Part shown: positions 21,865-34,976 of the stretch, piece after piece
Numbering within the stretch: position 1 is the first letter of the stretch
Layout: each line of letters opens with the position of its first letter
Position numbers and translations under genes: made by a program
Origin: Azolla caroliniana
Taxonomy: Eukaryota > Plantae > Polypodiophyta
NCBI GenBank assembly: GCA_043228905.1
Contig: JBHGNT010000013.1
Coordinates: 434,001 to 498,000, forward strand
Direction of reading: 5' to 3'
DNA length: 64,000 nt
The notes under the pieces: generated by a model
What the model was told of the DNA's origin: nothing
The model's input: only the letters and a program-made list of their open reading frames with translations
Database searches by the model: none

Positions 21865-24800
21865 TCCGCATAAACTCATCCGGTACTCCGTCACCCGTCT
21901 CTCTGGACTCCAATCGGCTTAAGTAATCCGCTACGGCATGCTATATACCAGGTCGGTGGAATATTTCAAACTCGAACTCCTGTAACAATAAGGTCCACCG
22001 GGCCAATTTTCCGGTGAGTGACGCCTTGGACACTAGGTAAAGGAGTGCGAATGATCTACATGGAAGGAAAACTTCCTTCCCAATAAATAGTGCCGAAACT
22101 TTGTCACACTGTAGATCATCCCTAGGGCTTCCCGTTCCGTAGTAGAGTAGTTCCGCTCTGCTTGGGATAGCTTCCGGCTTGCATAGTACACTGGCCGGTA
22201 CCACTTTGGTTCCGTAAGCTGCATCAGTACGCTTCCGATTGCGATGTCGGAGGCATCCACGAACACGTGAAATTCTTTACTCCAATCCGGAGGCTGCACT
22301 ACCGGTGCTTGCAACAATAGTACCTTGAGGGCCTTATACGCCCTATCCTCAGTGTCGGTCCATTGGAATGGTGTCCGATGTACGGCGGCATGTAACGGTG
22401 TAGCCAGGTCGGCCAAGTATCGGAGCATCCGGTTGTGCCACCGGATCTGGCCTAAGAACCGGCTTAATGCCTTTGCCGTTGCCGGCGCCGGTGCTTCTAA
22501 TATGGCTTTCACTTTGTCTGGGTCGACTGCAATACCTTCCTGGCTCACAATATGTTCTAATAAAGTTCCACTGGACATGCCAAATACACACTTTGCCGGA
22601 TTCAAGCTTAGCCGGTATGCTCTACACTTTTCTAGACAAAGACGGAGGTGCTAAAAATGGTCCTCCTCCCGGCTATAGACGGCGAAATCGTCAAGGAAAA
22701 CCTACATAAAAGCCGGAATATATTCACCAAAGATTTCCATGATGATTCGTTGAAATGTTGTCGGTGTCGTTTTGAGTCCGAACATCATCACCACGGCCAC
22801 AAACACCCACCATTCGGTGACGAATGTCGTTTTCTCTTGGTCGTCGGGGTGCATCCGGATCTGATTATACCCGCTGAATCCGTCTAGGAAGCTATAGACC
22901 TCGTGGCCGGCGACGGCATCCAACACTCCATCTGTGAACAGAAGTGGAAACGCATCCATTACCGTAGCCGCATTGAGTTTCCGGTAGTCCACGCAAACTC
23001 GAATTTTTCCGTTCTTCTTCGGTACGACTACGATCGGGCTTAGCCATGTCGCTTTCTTTACCGGACGGATAAAGCCAACTCTTAGCAGTTTGGCAGCATA
23101 ATTGGGATTCATCCGGTACCGTCTTTGTGCCACTGGTTTTGCATCCTTGCTCAAGTGCACTTGATGCTGGTATAACTGAGGGTCGAGTCCTCGCATATCT
23201 TCGTATGACCAGGCAAATACGTCGCGAAATTCCGTGAGAAGTGTTATCATCGCCGTTTTTTCTCCGGACTTCATCTCCTTGGTGATGTGCACCGGTTTTG
23301 CTTCGTCCGTGGTGCCTAAATTCACCTCTTCCAGTTGCGATGCTTTTACGCACTGTGAAACGGCCATTTCCCGTTCCAATGCTTCCTGCGCTTGTCGTAA
23401 CTCCCGGATTGCTTCTTTATCCGGTTCTGCTTCCGCCTCTTCCGGTTGCGGTAAGTATGGTGCTACGGCTTCGGCAATGTCAATTTCGAAGAGGGGTATG
23501 ATCTTCGGGTTTTCCTGCAGGTATTGAGCTTCTTCTTCGTCCTCTAACCCTTCTAGCATGTTGACGCATTCCGCATACAATGGTGTACATTCCTTGCCAG
23601 TGCTCGTCCTTGGCTGTGTTGGTACCCGTACCTTGGCTTTTCCTCGCCGGAAGGTAATTATATTTTTTCGCCAATTCTGTTTGATATGTGTCGTTTTCAA
23701 CCATGGCCGCCCCAGCAGTAGCGGGTATGCGCCTTGTGCTTGTAATTGTAGCACTACGGCCGAGATGTGAAATGTATGACCGCCGACGGTGACTTCTAAT
23801 TTCCGTATTAATCCTGTCGGCCGCACTGAGCTTGTATCGGCCATTCGCAACCAGAACGTACACGGCTCCCACTCATGGATTCCTAGGTCATCACACGTCC
23901 AGAGGCTTATTACATTTACCCCAGAGCCTCCGTCTATAACTGTGCCGGGGAGTTCTTTCCCTTTTACAATGGCAATGATTACCGGACTGTTGGTGTCTAC
24001 CACTGTTGGTCCCTCCTCCGGATTCGAGAAGAGTACCAGTGTCGGTGATGGTTCTCCTGCCTTCATGGCCGTCTTCAGTCCTTCCGTGAATCTTGGCACG
24101 AGTTGTAGGAGTCTTCCTAGTGGTAACGTAATCTGGCATTCTTGCAACGCCTGCCATGTCTCGTTCTCGGAGTGACTGCCGCCGGCAAGCCCTGCGGTGT
24201 TCTCCTTTTGCTGCTGTAAGTCTGTGACATTCTGCTCGTTTTCTTTCTTTACCCATTCCGTTGCTTGTTTCCGGATGGTCTCCTGTGTCTCCCATTCCTT
24301 GGCCATGCCCTTCGACCTTGTGGTCACCTGCTGCAGGTCTGCCACCTTAGGGACTACCATATTTACCGCCAGTCGTTTTTCATAGCTCTTCACCAGGCAT
24401 TGGTTACTATAATGGCCTTCCTGTCGGCAATAGTAGCAGTAGGCCTTCCGAGTATTGCTAGATTCGGCATTGTCTGTTGTACCCGGGGCAGGTCCTACGG
24501 TACACGCGGGGTTTTGTACCGGTTGGCTACTTGGAGCTCCTTGTTCCGGATCCCGGGGGTAGCCGCCTTTTTTTAAATGCCGTTTTTTGTTATAGCTCTT
24601 CTTATTACGGTACTCTTGATGGGGTTGCCCGTTATATCTGCCGTATTCCTCCCGTTGCTGACGATATCCGGGGGGGTGCTCCCGGTCGTACTGTTCGTAT
24701 CGTCTATTGTAATCCTGGTACCGATCATGCCGGTCATAGTTATCTCGCCGATCACCGTACCGGACCTCATTTTCCCATCGTTCGCCATACCGGACATCAT

Positions 24801-26188
24801 TTTCCCATCGCTCGCCATACCGGACATCCTGTGCCGGTCGGTCACGGTCCATTCGCCGCCAGCGTTCGTCTTCTTTATCCCAGCTGCTGCGTGGCTCAAT
24901 TTGTCGGACGGGCGGTGCTTGCCGATTCAACAGATTATACTCGCACCTATCCGTCGTATGGCTCTTGGATTGACCGATTACACATTGCGTCCTCATAGTG
25001 CATTCCAGAGCCGAGTGTCCGGAATTCAAGCAGGTTGTGCACTGTATTGCTTGCCGAAACCGGAGGTCTTCATCGGACGGTAACGCCCGTTGAAGTGCTC
25101 CCAGTGTGAGCCAGGAGCTTGTCTTTTCCATCTCTCTCACCTGGTCAATGACCTGGTCGATGGTACTTGTGCGGAAGTCGATTACCGTGCAAACCGTGCG
25201 TAGGGGTTCCCGGAGCGCGTTTAGGAATATCGTCCGTAATTCCTCCTCCGGGGGTGCACGGGCAAGCTGACTATGCATCCGTTGAAACCGGATGACAAAT
25301 TGGGGAATGCTCTCCCCTGCCTCTTGCCGGATGGTATAAAATAAGCCTACCATTACGGTCTGGTCTACCTCCTTCTGAAAAAAATGCAAGAATTTAGCTT
25401 TTAAATCTGCAAAGGTGTTGATGGTAGACGGGTCTTGCGTCCGGCGCCATCTTGTTGCCGGTCCCTCCAATGTGACGCCAAACTCTGCTATCTTAGAGCG
25501 TTCTTCTTCGCTGGGACACATGATTGGCTTCCCATGTCTGTTCAAAGGCGTGCACATGAGCTTCCGCGTCCGGATCATCTCTATACTTGGAGTACTGGAA
25601 CGGCATGTCGTTGTCCGGTATCGGTGCGCGGGCTGGTAGTGTTGGTGCTCGTTCCGGAATTTTCTCCGGTGTCGGTGGTCTTTCCCGATTTGTTTCCGGC
25701 GTCGGTTGCTTCTCCTCTTCCTTTGGTGACGGAGGCCTCTCCTCTTCGACTTCCGGTGTCGGAGGTCTCTCTTCCTCTACTGGTTCCGGGGGTTCCAACG
25801 TTAGCACTTCCGGTGTCGGTAAGGTATCTGATCCTTCGTCCTCCGGTCCGCCCGGGGTTTCGTTGCTGCTACGGTAGTTCGTGTGCACATTGTATTCCCC
25901 TTCGGAGTCCGATTCATATGCTGAAAAAGCTTCTGCTTCACCTTCTCCGTTTGCCAACGCGTGGAGAAGGGATTCGGTCTCCCGGAGGCTGCTTAGGCTG
26001 CTGCCGTCGTCCGGGTGCGATGTTTGTTGTAACCAGAGGGAGTCCTCCGCTACTCTCCGGATTATGTTGGAAAACGAGTGATCCGCTCTAATTTCCTGCG
26101 CCACTTGCTGGAAAGCCTCGCGTCTCCTTTGCCTTTCGGCAAGGCGTCGAGTTCGGTCTGTAACCAGGTCGTGCGTTGATCTAGACAT
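21865..26188 (-). pseudogene. gag-pol: gag-PR-RT-RNase H of B with frameshifts and stops
   Basis: ORFs 26275-25493, 25578-22702, 22605-22033 and 22204-21941 are colinear with the A polyprotein. Confidence 0.92.
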
Positions 26189-26241
26189 CCATCCGTGCCG
26201 TCGTTCGCTACAAAAACAGGAATCGTGGTCACCAAAAGATG

Positions 26242-26675
26242 TGTTAACTCTTCGGGCCGGACAATGGCCTAACACAGGGTGTCTACGGGAGACACTTCAC
26301 CAAAGGGTGTTACGGCAACCGGATTAGACTTCACCGCTTAATCCGACTTAATTAAGTTACTTATTAGGATCGTCTTTCATAACACGCATAAGATATAACA
26401 ATTAAGACAGAACGGCAATTAACACAGAGAGATAACAACGCTTAAGCTTTTATTAATTAACCGCTAACTATTACATTGTATGCGGGCCTTTAAATAGGTT
26501 TCCGGTCTGTATTACAAAACGGTGCCATCCGCACCTGTTCGGGATCGGTCCGGATCCGGAACGGCATACCGTTTCCGGTCCGTCCGTCCACACTCATAGC
26601 TTAATTACAACCACATTCCTACTACTTAATTAGCTCTCCGTTTCCCACTCTGGACTCCTTTGCCGGCCGGTAACA
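26242..26675 (-). repeat. 5' LTR of B
   Basis: Direct repeat of 11530-11963; followed after 7 nt by PBS-like TGGTGACCAC (26225-26234). Confidence 0.96.
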
Positions 26676-26962
26676 CACGTCCTTCACAAGAATGAGGTTG
26701 TCTTCGGCAAGACTCTTCACCCCCTTCTCACTCATGTGACAAAGTCTTTTGTGCCACAGCTCACCGGTAGTGTCGGATGCTATGTTCACTTCTTCTTGGC
26801 ATATCCAGGCATGCATCAAGTACAGTGTGTTGATCTTCCGGGCTCGAGCCATTATCAAGCTTCCCTTGCTGAACTTCATAACTCTGTTCCGGATGCTACC
26901 CATGTAGCCTTCATCATCTAGTCGACCGGCTGATATCAGGTTAAGTCGAACCTCCGGAACGT
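26676..26962 (-). pseudogene. pol: Copia H GAG-pre-integrase fragment between B and D
   Basis: NLISAGRLDDEGY...LWHKRLCHMSEKG. Confidence 0.88.
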
Positions 26963-27579
26963 TGTCGCGAAGAAAACCGTCCACAAGCGGAATCGGTGCA
27001 CCGGAGCGTATGAACCGGCTCTTCATACACGTACGCCTTATGTTGTACATAGAAGATCCTAGGTAGGAAGATTCGGTAGGTAAGAAGTTAATAGGAAACG
27101 GCTCCCTTCTTGCCTATAAAAGGAGGGAGACGAGGAGGAGGAAGGGATCGCGGAATTAGAGAGGACGAAGTGCTGTCGGATTGCGGACCGAAGGCTTCTC
27201 TCTCTTCCATACTCTGTAGCTCCTTTCTGTGCAGGTTTTCGGGAGGCTCGCGCTGCTCTGAGGAATGCCCAAGTGCTTCCGGCAGCACCTCCAACCTACT
27301 CCTTTCTTTCTGAGCGTTTGCGAACAGGCATCGGCATCTGTTCGCCGGCCTGTTCAGTTGTAACCGACTTCGTGTTCTTGTTCTTTGTCTTTGTTAATAC
27401 ATAAATACATTCGTGTCTCTCTGTGTCGCTGTCCCACTCGCGTCTTTGTGTCGAAGGGCCGTGTCCCTGTGAATCTACGCTCGCACGTAGTGGGTCTCTT
27501 CTCCTTTCTCTCTTGCTCTTCGGTACAGGACCCCCGAGGTCCCGCCTCATTCCACACATCCGTGAGGAATACCTCGACA
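26963..27579 (+). repeat. 5' LTR of D
   Basis: Direct repeat of 33251-33867; CCTATAAAAGG TATA near 27113. Confidence 0.96.
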
Positions 27580-27582
27580 TCT

Positions 27583-27600
27583 TGGTGAACCCGACGTGAA
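27583..27600 (+). promoter_or_regulatory. PBS of D, complementary to the 3' end of plant tRNA-Trp
   Basis: TGGTGAACCCGACGTGAA, 3 nt after the LTR; tRNA identity recalled, not searched. Confidence 0.8.
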
Positions 27601-27622
27601 GGAGGCGGCAGAAGAGCAGAAG

Positions 27623-29730
27623 ATGAAAGGGTCGGATCTTGCGGAGGCCATGGCTTCGGCCGTGGATCGGATATTGAGCGCACGCGAGGGCTCCGGCGCC
27701 CTCGACAGAGCCATTGAGGCGGTCGTCGGTACGATCGGCTGGTTCAGCAGAAAGGATGCCACGAAGTATTTGGCGTCCTACGGGGCAGAAATGCTGATGC
27801 GGGACATTCCGGAAGAGAGGCGTCTTGCTGGATTCCCTCGAGTGGCGATGCCGAGCATCCATGCGGAGGTGCTCGAGGTGCGGGCGGAGAGTCGTACCTG
27901 GGAGGAGTTCGAAGGTCGACTCCAAGAAAAATACGGGCTGGACGACGCGCTCCGGCTTTTGAAACGGGACTTCATGGAGTGGGTGGAGTCCCCCGGCAAG
28001 GGAAGAAACGCGTCGGCACTCCTCCAGGAGTTCGAAGAACGCTTTGCGTGCCTTTCGGCGCTTGACCGAACCGTTCTGGATACGAGCCGGGTCCTACTGT
28101 TCGTCAAGTCGGTGGACGAGCGGGACCGGGATCAAGTCGGCTCCTTGCTGGAAACCGAAGACGGGCTGACGACCGACTGGGCTGCGGTTAAGAGAGTCTG
28201 TGGCCGTTTCGACAAACGGCGAGAATGGGCTGACAACGGGGCGGCTGGTGCGGGCTCTGTCACGGCAAGGAGGCTTGAACCGGCACCGCAAGGGCGAAGG
28301 GAAGAAACCCGGGAATGGCTCGAAACCGGTCCGGCTTCGACCGGCATGGTCAGTGGCTCGTCCGGAGGAGCAGCGCTGGAGGAGTTGACGCGGGCGATAA
28401 AGGATCTCCAGATCGCCCAGACTCGAAGGGAAGGCGGCGAACCGGCTCGTGACCGACGGCCGGTAGCAGGGAACAGGTGCATGTGGTGCGACGAGGTCGG
28501 CCACATCCAGAAGGACTGCGGCGATTTCGCAGAAGCGTTGAGGAACTGGGTGGTGTACCTGTGGGAAGGCCGGGTGCACGCCAGCGATACCAGAAGGGCC
28601 CTAAACCGAAACGACGGGCGAGGAGGAATGAAGAGACTGATGGAAGAGGCAGCGGCCCAACACGTGGAGGCCATCCACTACTCGGCGTCGGCCGGCATTC
28701 AGGTCGGGGGCAGCGTGGTTCGAAAGGAGGGCAATGACGGATTCTGGTCGGCAATGCTAGAAGGTCTTGCCGGCGCGCGGCTAAGGAAAGATGAAACGGA
28801 CCGCGCTGAGAGACGGGTCCGGGAAATAACCGGGTGGAGCGATCCGGTCGAGGAGAAGACGGGTTTCGTAGAAGCCGCCTGCCGGAACTACGAGGCTCTG
28901 GTAGAAGACAAACGAGTGGGGAAAGTCGGAGCGGCCGGGCCCTCACAACGGTACGAGACCCGATTCGGGCCACGACGGAACGATGCCGGTGGGTCCAGCT
29001 CGCAAGATAACCCCAGGAAGGGCGGATACCGACTGGGGACGGAAATAGAAAGGACTACGGACCTACGAAAGGTCCTAGAAGAACGGATCCTCGACAGCAA
29101 AGTGGAGCTGTCATTGCGAGAGGTGCTAGGGATCGCCAAGAAGGAGTTCCACGACTCCATTGTGGACCTGGTGAAACAGAAGAGGCTGTCGACGGAGACG
29201 GAACCGGAAAGACCGGTGGAGGTGCGAACGACGCACATCGACGACATGGCGCTGGAAGATGAGTCGGCGGAGAGCCACTATTCAAGGCCGCACTGGGCCC
29301 GAGCGACCACGGAGATGTTCAGGAACCGGTGGTGGCATTGGTGGACCACGGTTCGGAAATAAACCTGATGTCCATGGACTTCTATAAGAAGGGAAAGTGG
29401 CCGATCAACACCAAGCACGGGTGGAAGATACGGGCGGCGACGCGCGCCACCGAGGAACTGCACGGGGCCTGCCCGAACGTGCGAGTCAAGATCGGCGACG
29501 TCGAGATTGACCAGCACTTCTTCGTGCAGGAGACGTCCTCGCACCCGGTCATATTAGGGGAACCATACATCACGACGGCGCGAATGGAGACCAAGGTGCT
29601 GGACAATGGTTCGGCCTACACGAGGGTCAAAAGTCAGGACGGGCGCCATTCGGTCCAATTTCTGACGGTGCGGCCGAACCACGAGCGAAACCGCGAATCC
29701 CTCGGTGGCGAGAACCGGGAGGATTTTTAG
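27623..29730 (+). pseudogene. gag: Gag plus protease of D, with a frameshift near 29320
   Basis: Knuckle CMWCDEVGHIQKDC; protease ALVDHGSEIN...VILGEPY. Confidence 0.85.
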
Positions 29731-29735
29731 AGAGG

Positions 29736-32700
29736 GTGGCCAAGGCATGGGGCCGAGACAGCCCGGACACTCGGGAAAGACCCCACGACTGTACGATAGA
29801 ACCGAAATCGAAGGAACCCTGTACGATAGGTAGGAAATTTTGCTTCTCCAACAACGGAGGGTGTATGATAGTCGGCATCGTCGGCCGAGAAAAGACAAGG
29901 GCGGAAGTGCGACTTCGAGCGTGCGGAGTTCTCGGCCCGGACGAGGAAATCAGCGGAGCCGTGGAGGCGATCTCCTTTGACAACACCTTGGGAATGCTGA
30001 GGGAGGTAGCCGGAGAAGACCTTAACGAAGACCGGACGATACCGGTATGTTCCGAAGAGATGTACAAAGTCATCGCGAACTTCAGTCGAGGGCTCGGGTC
30101 GGATCGGATGGCCCGAGTTAGCACGAGGTACAAGACTGTGGACCGGAAGGTAAGGCCAGTCGCGGCACCCTTACCGGAGGGCAGCGAGTCCCGAATCAGA
30201 GGGGTTGCGTCGGACCCCAGTTTACGAGATCCGGCCTGCATAGGACACACCTTCACCGATGGGATGCTCCGGGAGCTCAAGATCGGTGGGGGCGGGTTCC
30301 TACTGCCGGCGGAAGAAGACCGGTTTCGGAGAATGCTCGGAAGGCACGGGAAAGCCTTCGCATTCTCGCCGGAAGAGATCGGGTGCGTAGACCCGACAAT
30401 CGTGGAGCCGATGGTGATATTCACGGTACCGCATGTGCCGTGGAATCTCAAGCCGATTCTGGTACCAAGAGCTCACATCCCGGAGTTGATGGAGCTACTG
30501 AGGCAGAAAGTCGATATGGGTATTCTCGAACCGTCGAGCGCGCCATACTCGAACCGATGGTTTACCGTACCAAAGAAAAACGGAACATTGCGCTTCATTC
30601 AGGACCTACAGCCGGTCAACAGAGTGACCATTCGGAACGCAGGAATCGAACCGACCATAGACGAGTTCGCGGAGGCCTTCGCCGGAAGGTTGATTTACTC
30701 GGTCAGTGATCTGTACTCGGGGTACGACCAGTTCTAACTAGCCGTGGAGAGCAGAGACATTACGACGATGCGAACTCCCCTCGGCCTAGTGCGAATGTGT
30801 ACCCTGCCACAAGGAGGGACCAACTCAGTGGCCCACATGGTGAATGCAATGAACAAGGTACTGAGGGATTGCATCCCGGACATCACCATGCCATTTCTGG
30901 ACGACATCCCGATAAAGGGGTGCCCGGTGGAAGAGACGGACGAGACCGTCGGGCCGGACGGATGCCGGCGATTCGTGGCAACACACATCGACGACTGCGA
31001 GAAGGTGCTACAAAGGCTAGAGGATGCGAGGCTCACCTTCTCCGGGGAGAAATCGGCCTTCGGGCAATCAGAAATCCTGGTGGTCGGACACCTGTGTGGT
31101 CTGTATGGCCGGAAGCCGTCTCTGGCAAAAGTAGAAGCCATCTCTGCGATGAAGACCGACTGTAGCTCGGTTACGGAAGTTCGGAGGTTCCTGGGGGCAT
31201 GCGCGTTCTACCACATATGGATCCTGCATTACGCCCACGTTACGGAGCCGCTATACGGGTTGCTAAAAAAGGGGCGAAAATTCGAGTGGCGAGACGAGCA
31301 CACGGAGTCGGTCCGGAAGCTAAAGGAAGCTCTTGCGGCAGCACCAGCGCTCCGGAATGCTGTCTACGAGAAGGGTACCCCGGTATACATAACGGTGGAT
31401 ACGAGTCCGACCGGGATCGGATGGGTCGTCAACCAAGAAGACGAGGACGGCACCCGGTTCCCGATCCGATTCGGTGCAAAGGTCCTCAGTGAGCGGCAGC
31501 GAGGGTACGCCCAGGTTAAACGCGAACTCTGGGGTATCGTTTCGGCAGTAAAGGGCGACAAAGACTACCTGATCGGGACGGAAGTGATTATCGAGACGAA
31601 TTGCCTGCCAATTCTCGGCATGGTATCCGGATGCGCGACACCAGACCTGGCGATGCTCAGGTGGATAGCGTACATCAAGTCCCTGGATCCGGAAATACGG
31701 CACATTTCCTGACGAGGGCGGCATGGTTTCGGAGGACGAAGAAGTCGGCGTGGACTTCTTCGAGGCGGCGTATGTGACGACCGATGGGACGAGCACACCG
31801 GCACTTAACAACTTCGACGAGAGCAAGTACGACGGCGAGTGGCTCCAGATCGGTGGATTTTTGAGGACGATGACGCCGGATGCGTCGTGGACGAAGGACG
31901 AGGCCAACCGGATCTGGAAGAAAGCCTACCGATTCTTTCTCCGGGACGGATACTTATGGAAGCACCCGAAGAAAAGGAACGGCGTCCCGCTCCGGGTGGT
32001 GGCGATGAAGGAAGAACAGGAGGAGTTGCTGACGGCCTACCACGACAGCCCTTGGGCCGGACACCGTGGAACGTGGGCCACGTTCGAGAAGATACAGGGG
32101 AAGTACTGGTGGCTGGGACTGTACCGGGACGTGCATCGGTTCGTGACAACTTGCGAGAGCTGTCAGATGCACTCCATAGTCCGACACCGGGACGAGCTTC
32201 ACCCTACGTACCCTCCGACCATCCACTTCAAATGGATGGTAGATCTAGTGACGATGCCGATGGGCGTAGGACAGATGCGGTATCTGGTCCTGGCTCAAGA
32301 GGATCTGACGAACCAGGTGGAAGGCCGAGCCCTTCAGAACAAAACGACCGCGGCCGTATGTCAGTTCCTGATTGAGGACGTGATATGCCGGTACGGGTGC
32401 GTCGGGAAGATCGTGGCTGATCGCGGGGAGTTGGATGCCGAAGAGGCCGAGGAGTTGTTCGACCGGCTAGGAGTCAAGCTCTCGCTCACCACTGCATACA
32501 ATCCGGAGGCGAATGGGAAGTTGGAGCGCGGACACGGACCGATCGTCAAGGCGTTAGTTCGGGCATGCGGAGGTCAAGTCGGGAACTGGCCGCGGCTGTT
32601 GCCTTCCGCGTTGTGGGCGGACCGAACTACGCACAGTTCGGTAACCGGATTCATGCCGGCAGAGCTCATGTTTGGGCAGAAGCCGATCATGCCGATGGAA

Positions 32701-33177
32701 CGTACGATCTCCTCATGGGCAACCGTGGACTGGAGAGACGAGATGAGCCGGGAGGAACTGTTGACGGCGCGCATATGGCAGCTCGAGCGAAGACCGGAGG
32801 ACGTGGAGCAGGCTGCGGAAAAGCTTCAGGTGGCAAGGACGAGGAACAAAGCCCGGTTCGACCGGACGCACCGGCTCCGACCGGAGAAAATCGAGGAAGG
32901 CGACTGGGTGCTAGTCTACGACAGCAGCCTCGACAACCAGCACCGAGCAACACGGAAGTTCGCAAGAAGGTGGTTCGGGCCTTACGTGGTACAAAGCGCC
33001 AACGACAACGGGACGTACCATCTGGCGGAACTCGACGGCACGAGAATGGCGATACCGGTAGCTGGAAAGCGAATCAAAGCGTTCAAGAAGCGTCACGACG
33101 ACGAGCCGGATCCGGTTAACCTGTACCAGAACGACGAACGATCCGAAACAGAGGAAGAACCGACGGGCGGGGAATGA
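29736..33177 (+). pseudogene. pol: RT-RNase H-integrase of D, with a stop at 30735 and a deletion/frameshift near 31712
   Basis: DLYSGYDQ, LPQGGTNSVA, PFLDD, VDTSPTGIG, GHRG...CESCQ, MVDLV, ADRG, PEANGKLE. Confidence 0.92.
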
Positions 33178-33250
33178 AGGCTGGACGGGTTTTCTCCGTC
33201 CCAACTCAATTTGGCGCATGCCGGTGGATGCGCGGTTAGGTGGGGGTGGA

Positions 33251-33867
33251 TGTCGCGAAGAAAACCGTCCACAAGCGGAATCAGTGCACCGGAGCGTAGG
33301 AACCAGCTCTTCATACACGTACGCCTTATGTTGTACATAGAAGATCCTAGGTAGGAAGATTCGGTAGGTAAGAAGTTAATAGGAAACGGCTCCCTTCTTG
33401 CCTATAAAAGGAGGGAGACGAGGAGGAGGAAGGGATCGCGGAATCAGAGAGGACGAAGTGCTGTCGGATTGCGAACCGAAGGCTTCTCTCTCTTCCATAC
33501 TCTGTAGCTCCTTTCTGTGCAGGTTTTCGGGAGGCTCGCGCTGCTCTGAGGAATGCCCGAGTGCTTCCGGCAGCACCTTCAACCTACTCCTTTCTTTCTG
33601 AGCGTTTGCGAACAGGCATCGGCATCTATTCGCCGGCTTGTTCGGTTGTAACCGACTTCGTGTTCTTGTTGTTTGTCTTTGTTAATACATAAATACATTC
33701 ATGTCTCTCTGTGTCGCTGTCCGACTCACGTCTTTGTGTCGAAGGGCCGTGTCCCTGTGAATCTACGCTCGCATGTAGTGGGTCTCTTCTCCTTTCTCTC
33801 TTGCTCTTCGGTACAGGACCCCCGAGGTCCCGCCTCATTCCACGCATCCATGAGGAATACCTCGACA
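33251..33867 (+). repeat. 3' LTR of D
   Basis: Direct repeat of 26963-27579. Confidence 0.96.
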
Positions 33868-34926
33868 ACGTGTCGGACATCCTTCAGCAACAACTTGCAT
33901 CCAGTTGATGTCGTCAACAACACATCTCTTATGCCGACAATTCGGCATGTACTTTCATTCCCCATCCGGACACAACCATGATCACCGGTTGTGTAGGATG
34001 AGAAGCTTTTCCGGTCCGGTGTTAGGTGGAACGACGCTCCAAAATCGACAACCCATGTTGTCTCATCGCCGACAAGGTTTAACTCATTCTCTTCGGTAAT
34101 GAGAATCAGTTCTTCTTCACTTGTCGCGATCGCCGAGTTCCTTTCCGATCCGAGCCTATCCGGTCCGAACTATTTCGGTTTGAACTCTTCTTTGAATCGG
34201 TGTGCCGGTTTCTTTCTCCTTCTAGAAGTGTCAGCAGTTCTTCTGGAAGTGTCCCGGCTTCCCGCAATAGAAGCACATGGGCCTCCCCCTTGACTTCGAC
34301 CTTGTCCCCATTTTGTCCTAGTTTTGGGGACTCCGATACCGGCCTCTTCCTTGGTTGTGGTCATCTTCCGTGACCAAGGCCTTCGGATCAGTTTCGGACT
34401 CCCGGTCCTTCCGGCGAGCTTCTTCATCTAACAATTGTTTTCCTTCCGGCTCGGCATTGCCCAACGTGACAACTAACGTCTCTCAGCTATCCGGGAGGGA
34501 ACCGAGCAGGAGCAATGCGAGTACCTCATCGGCGAGAGGTACTTCCAACGAGGTTTCCTGGTGTATTAGCCCCTAGAAGGCATTCATGTGCTCCACCATA
34601 CTGGAGCCGTCCAAGTACCGAAGCCTCACTAGCTTCCGGAATACCGAAACCCGATTAACGGCATTCTTGTTCTAGAACATGATGTTGATCTTCTCCCAGA
34701 GTTCATGAGCCTTGCTCTCTTCATTGAAGTTGTTGTACAGGCTCATGTCGATGAAGCACCAGATGTATGTCGTTGTCTTCATGTGCATCACCTCCCACAC
34801 TGTGATGTCGATCTTATCCGATCTCTTGTCCCCGAATTGAACCAGCAACCAAAGATCTTGAACCACCAACATATCCCTCATCTTCGACTTCCACACTGAG
34901 TAGTTGGAGGTACTGAGCTTGAACAT
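33868..34926 (-). pseudogene. gag: Copia H gag-protease
   Basis: NYSVWKSKMRDML, zinc knuckle, WVVDFGASFH, MGNESTCRIVGI. Confidence 0.87.
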
Positions 34927-34960
34927 GTCGCTGAACAAGTCTTCTTTTTCCTGTGTTGTT

Positions 34961-34973
34961 CGCTCTGATACCA
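34961..34973 (-). promoter_or_regulatory. iMet PBS of H
   Basis: TGGTATCAGAGCG, 3 nt from the LTR. Confidence 0.92.
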
Positions 34974-34976
34974 GTT

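Larger units (their letters stand above)
11530..26675 (-). mobile_element. Element B: full-length Ty3/gypsy of the same family as A, interrupted by C
   Basis: Two 434-bp LTRs with about 5 mismatches, TG...CA ends, TSD CACGT at 11525-11529 and 26676-26680. Confidence 0.96.
26963..33867 (+). mobile_element. Element D: full-length GC-rich Ty3/gypsy, tRNA-Trp primed, 4-bp TSD
   Basis: 617-bp LTRs with about 17 mismatches, TSD ACGT at 26959-26962 and 33868-33871, PPT-like AGGTGGGGGTGGA at 33238-33250. Confidence 0.95.

Noticed and set aside
11530-26675. Element B actually oriented on the + strand, using TGGCACGCCC at 11966 as an ordinary PBS with antisense ORFs
   Set aside because: The LTR TATA context (CCTATTTAAAGG...TGTAA in B; CCTATAAAAGG...TGTAA in A) is co-oriented with the ORFs, and the other LTR has no convincing PPT on the + strand. 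Not fully excluded without transcript data.
27296-33338. Many overlapping and antisense ORFs inside D (also in B and F)
   Set aside because: Expected shadows of GC-rich coding DNA; no independent motifs.
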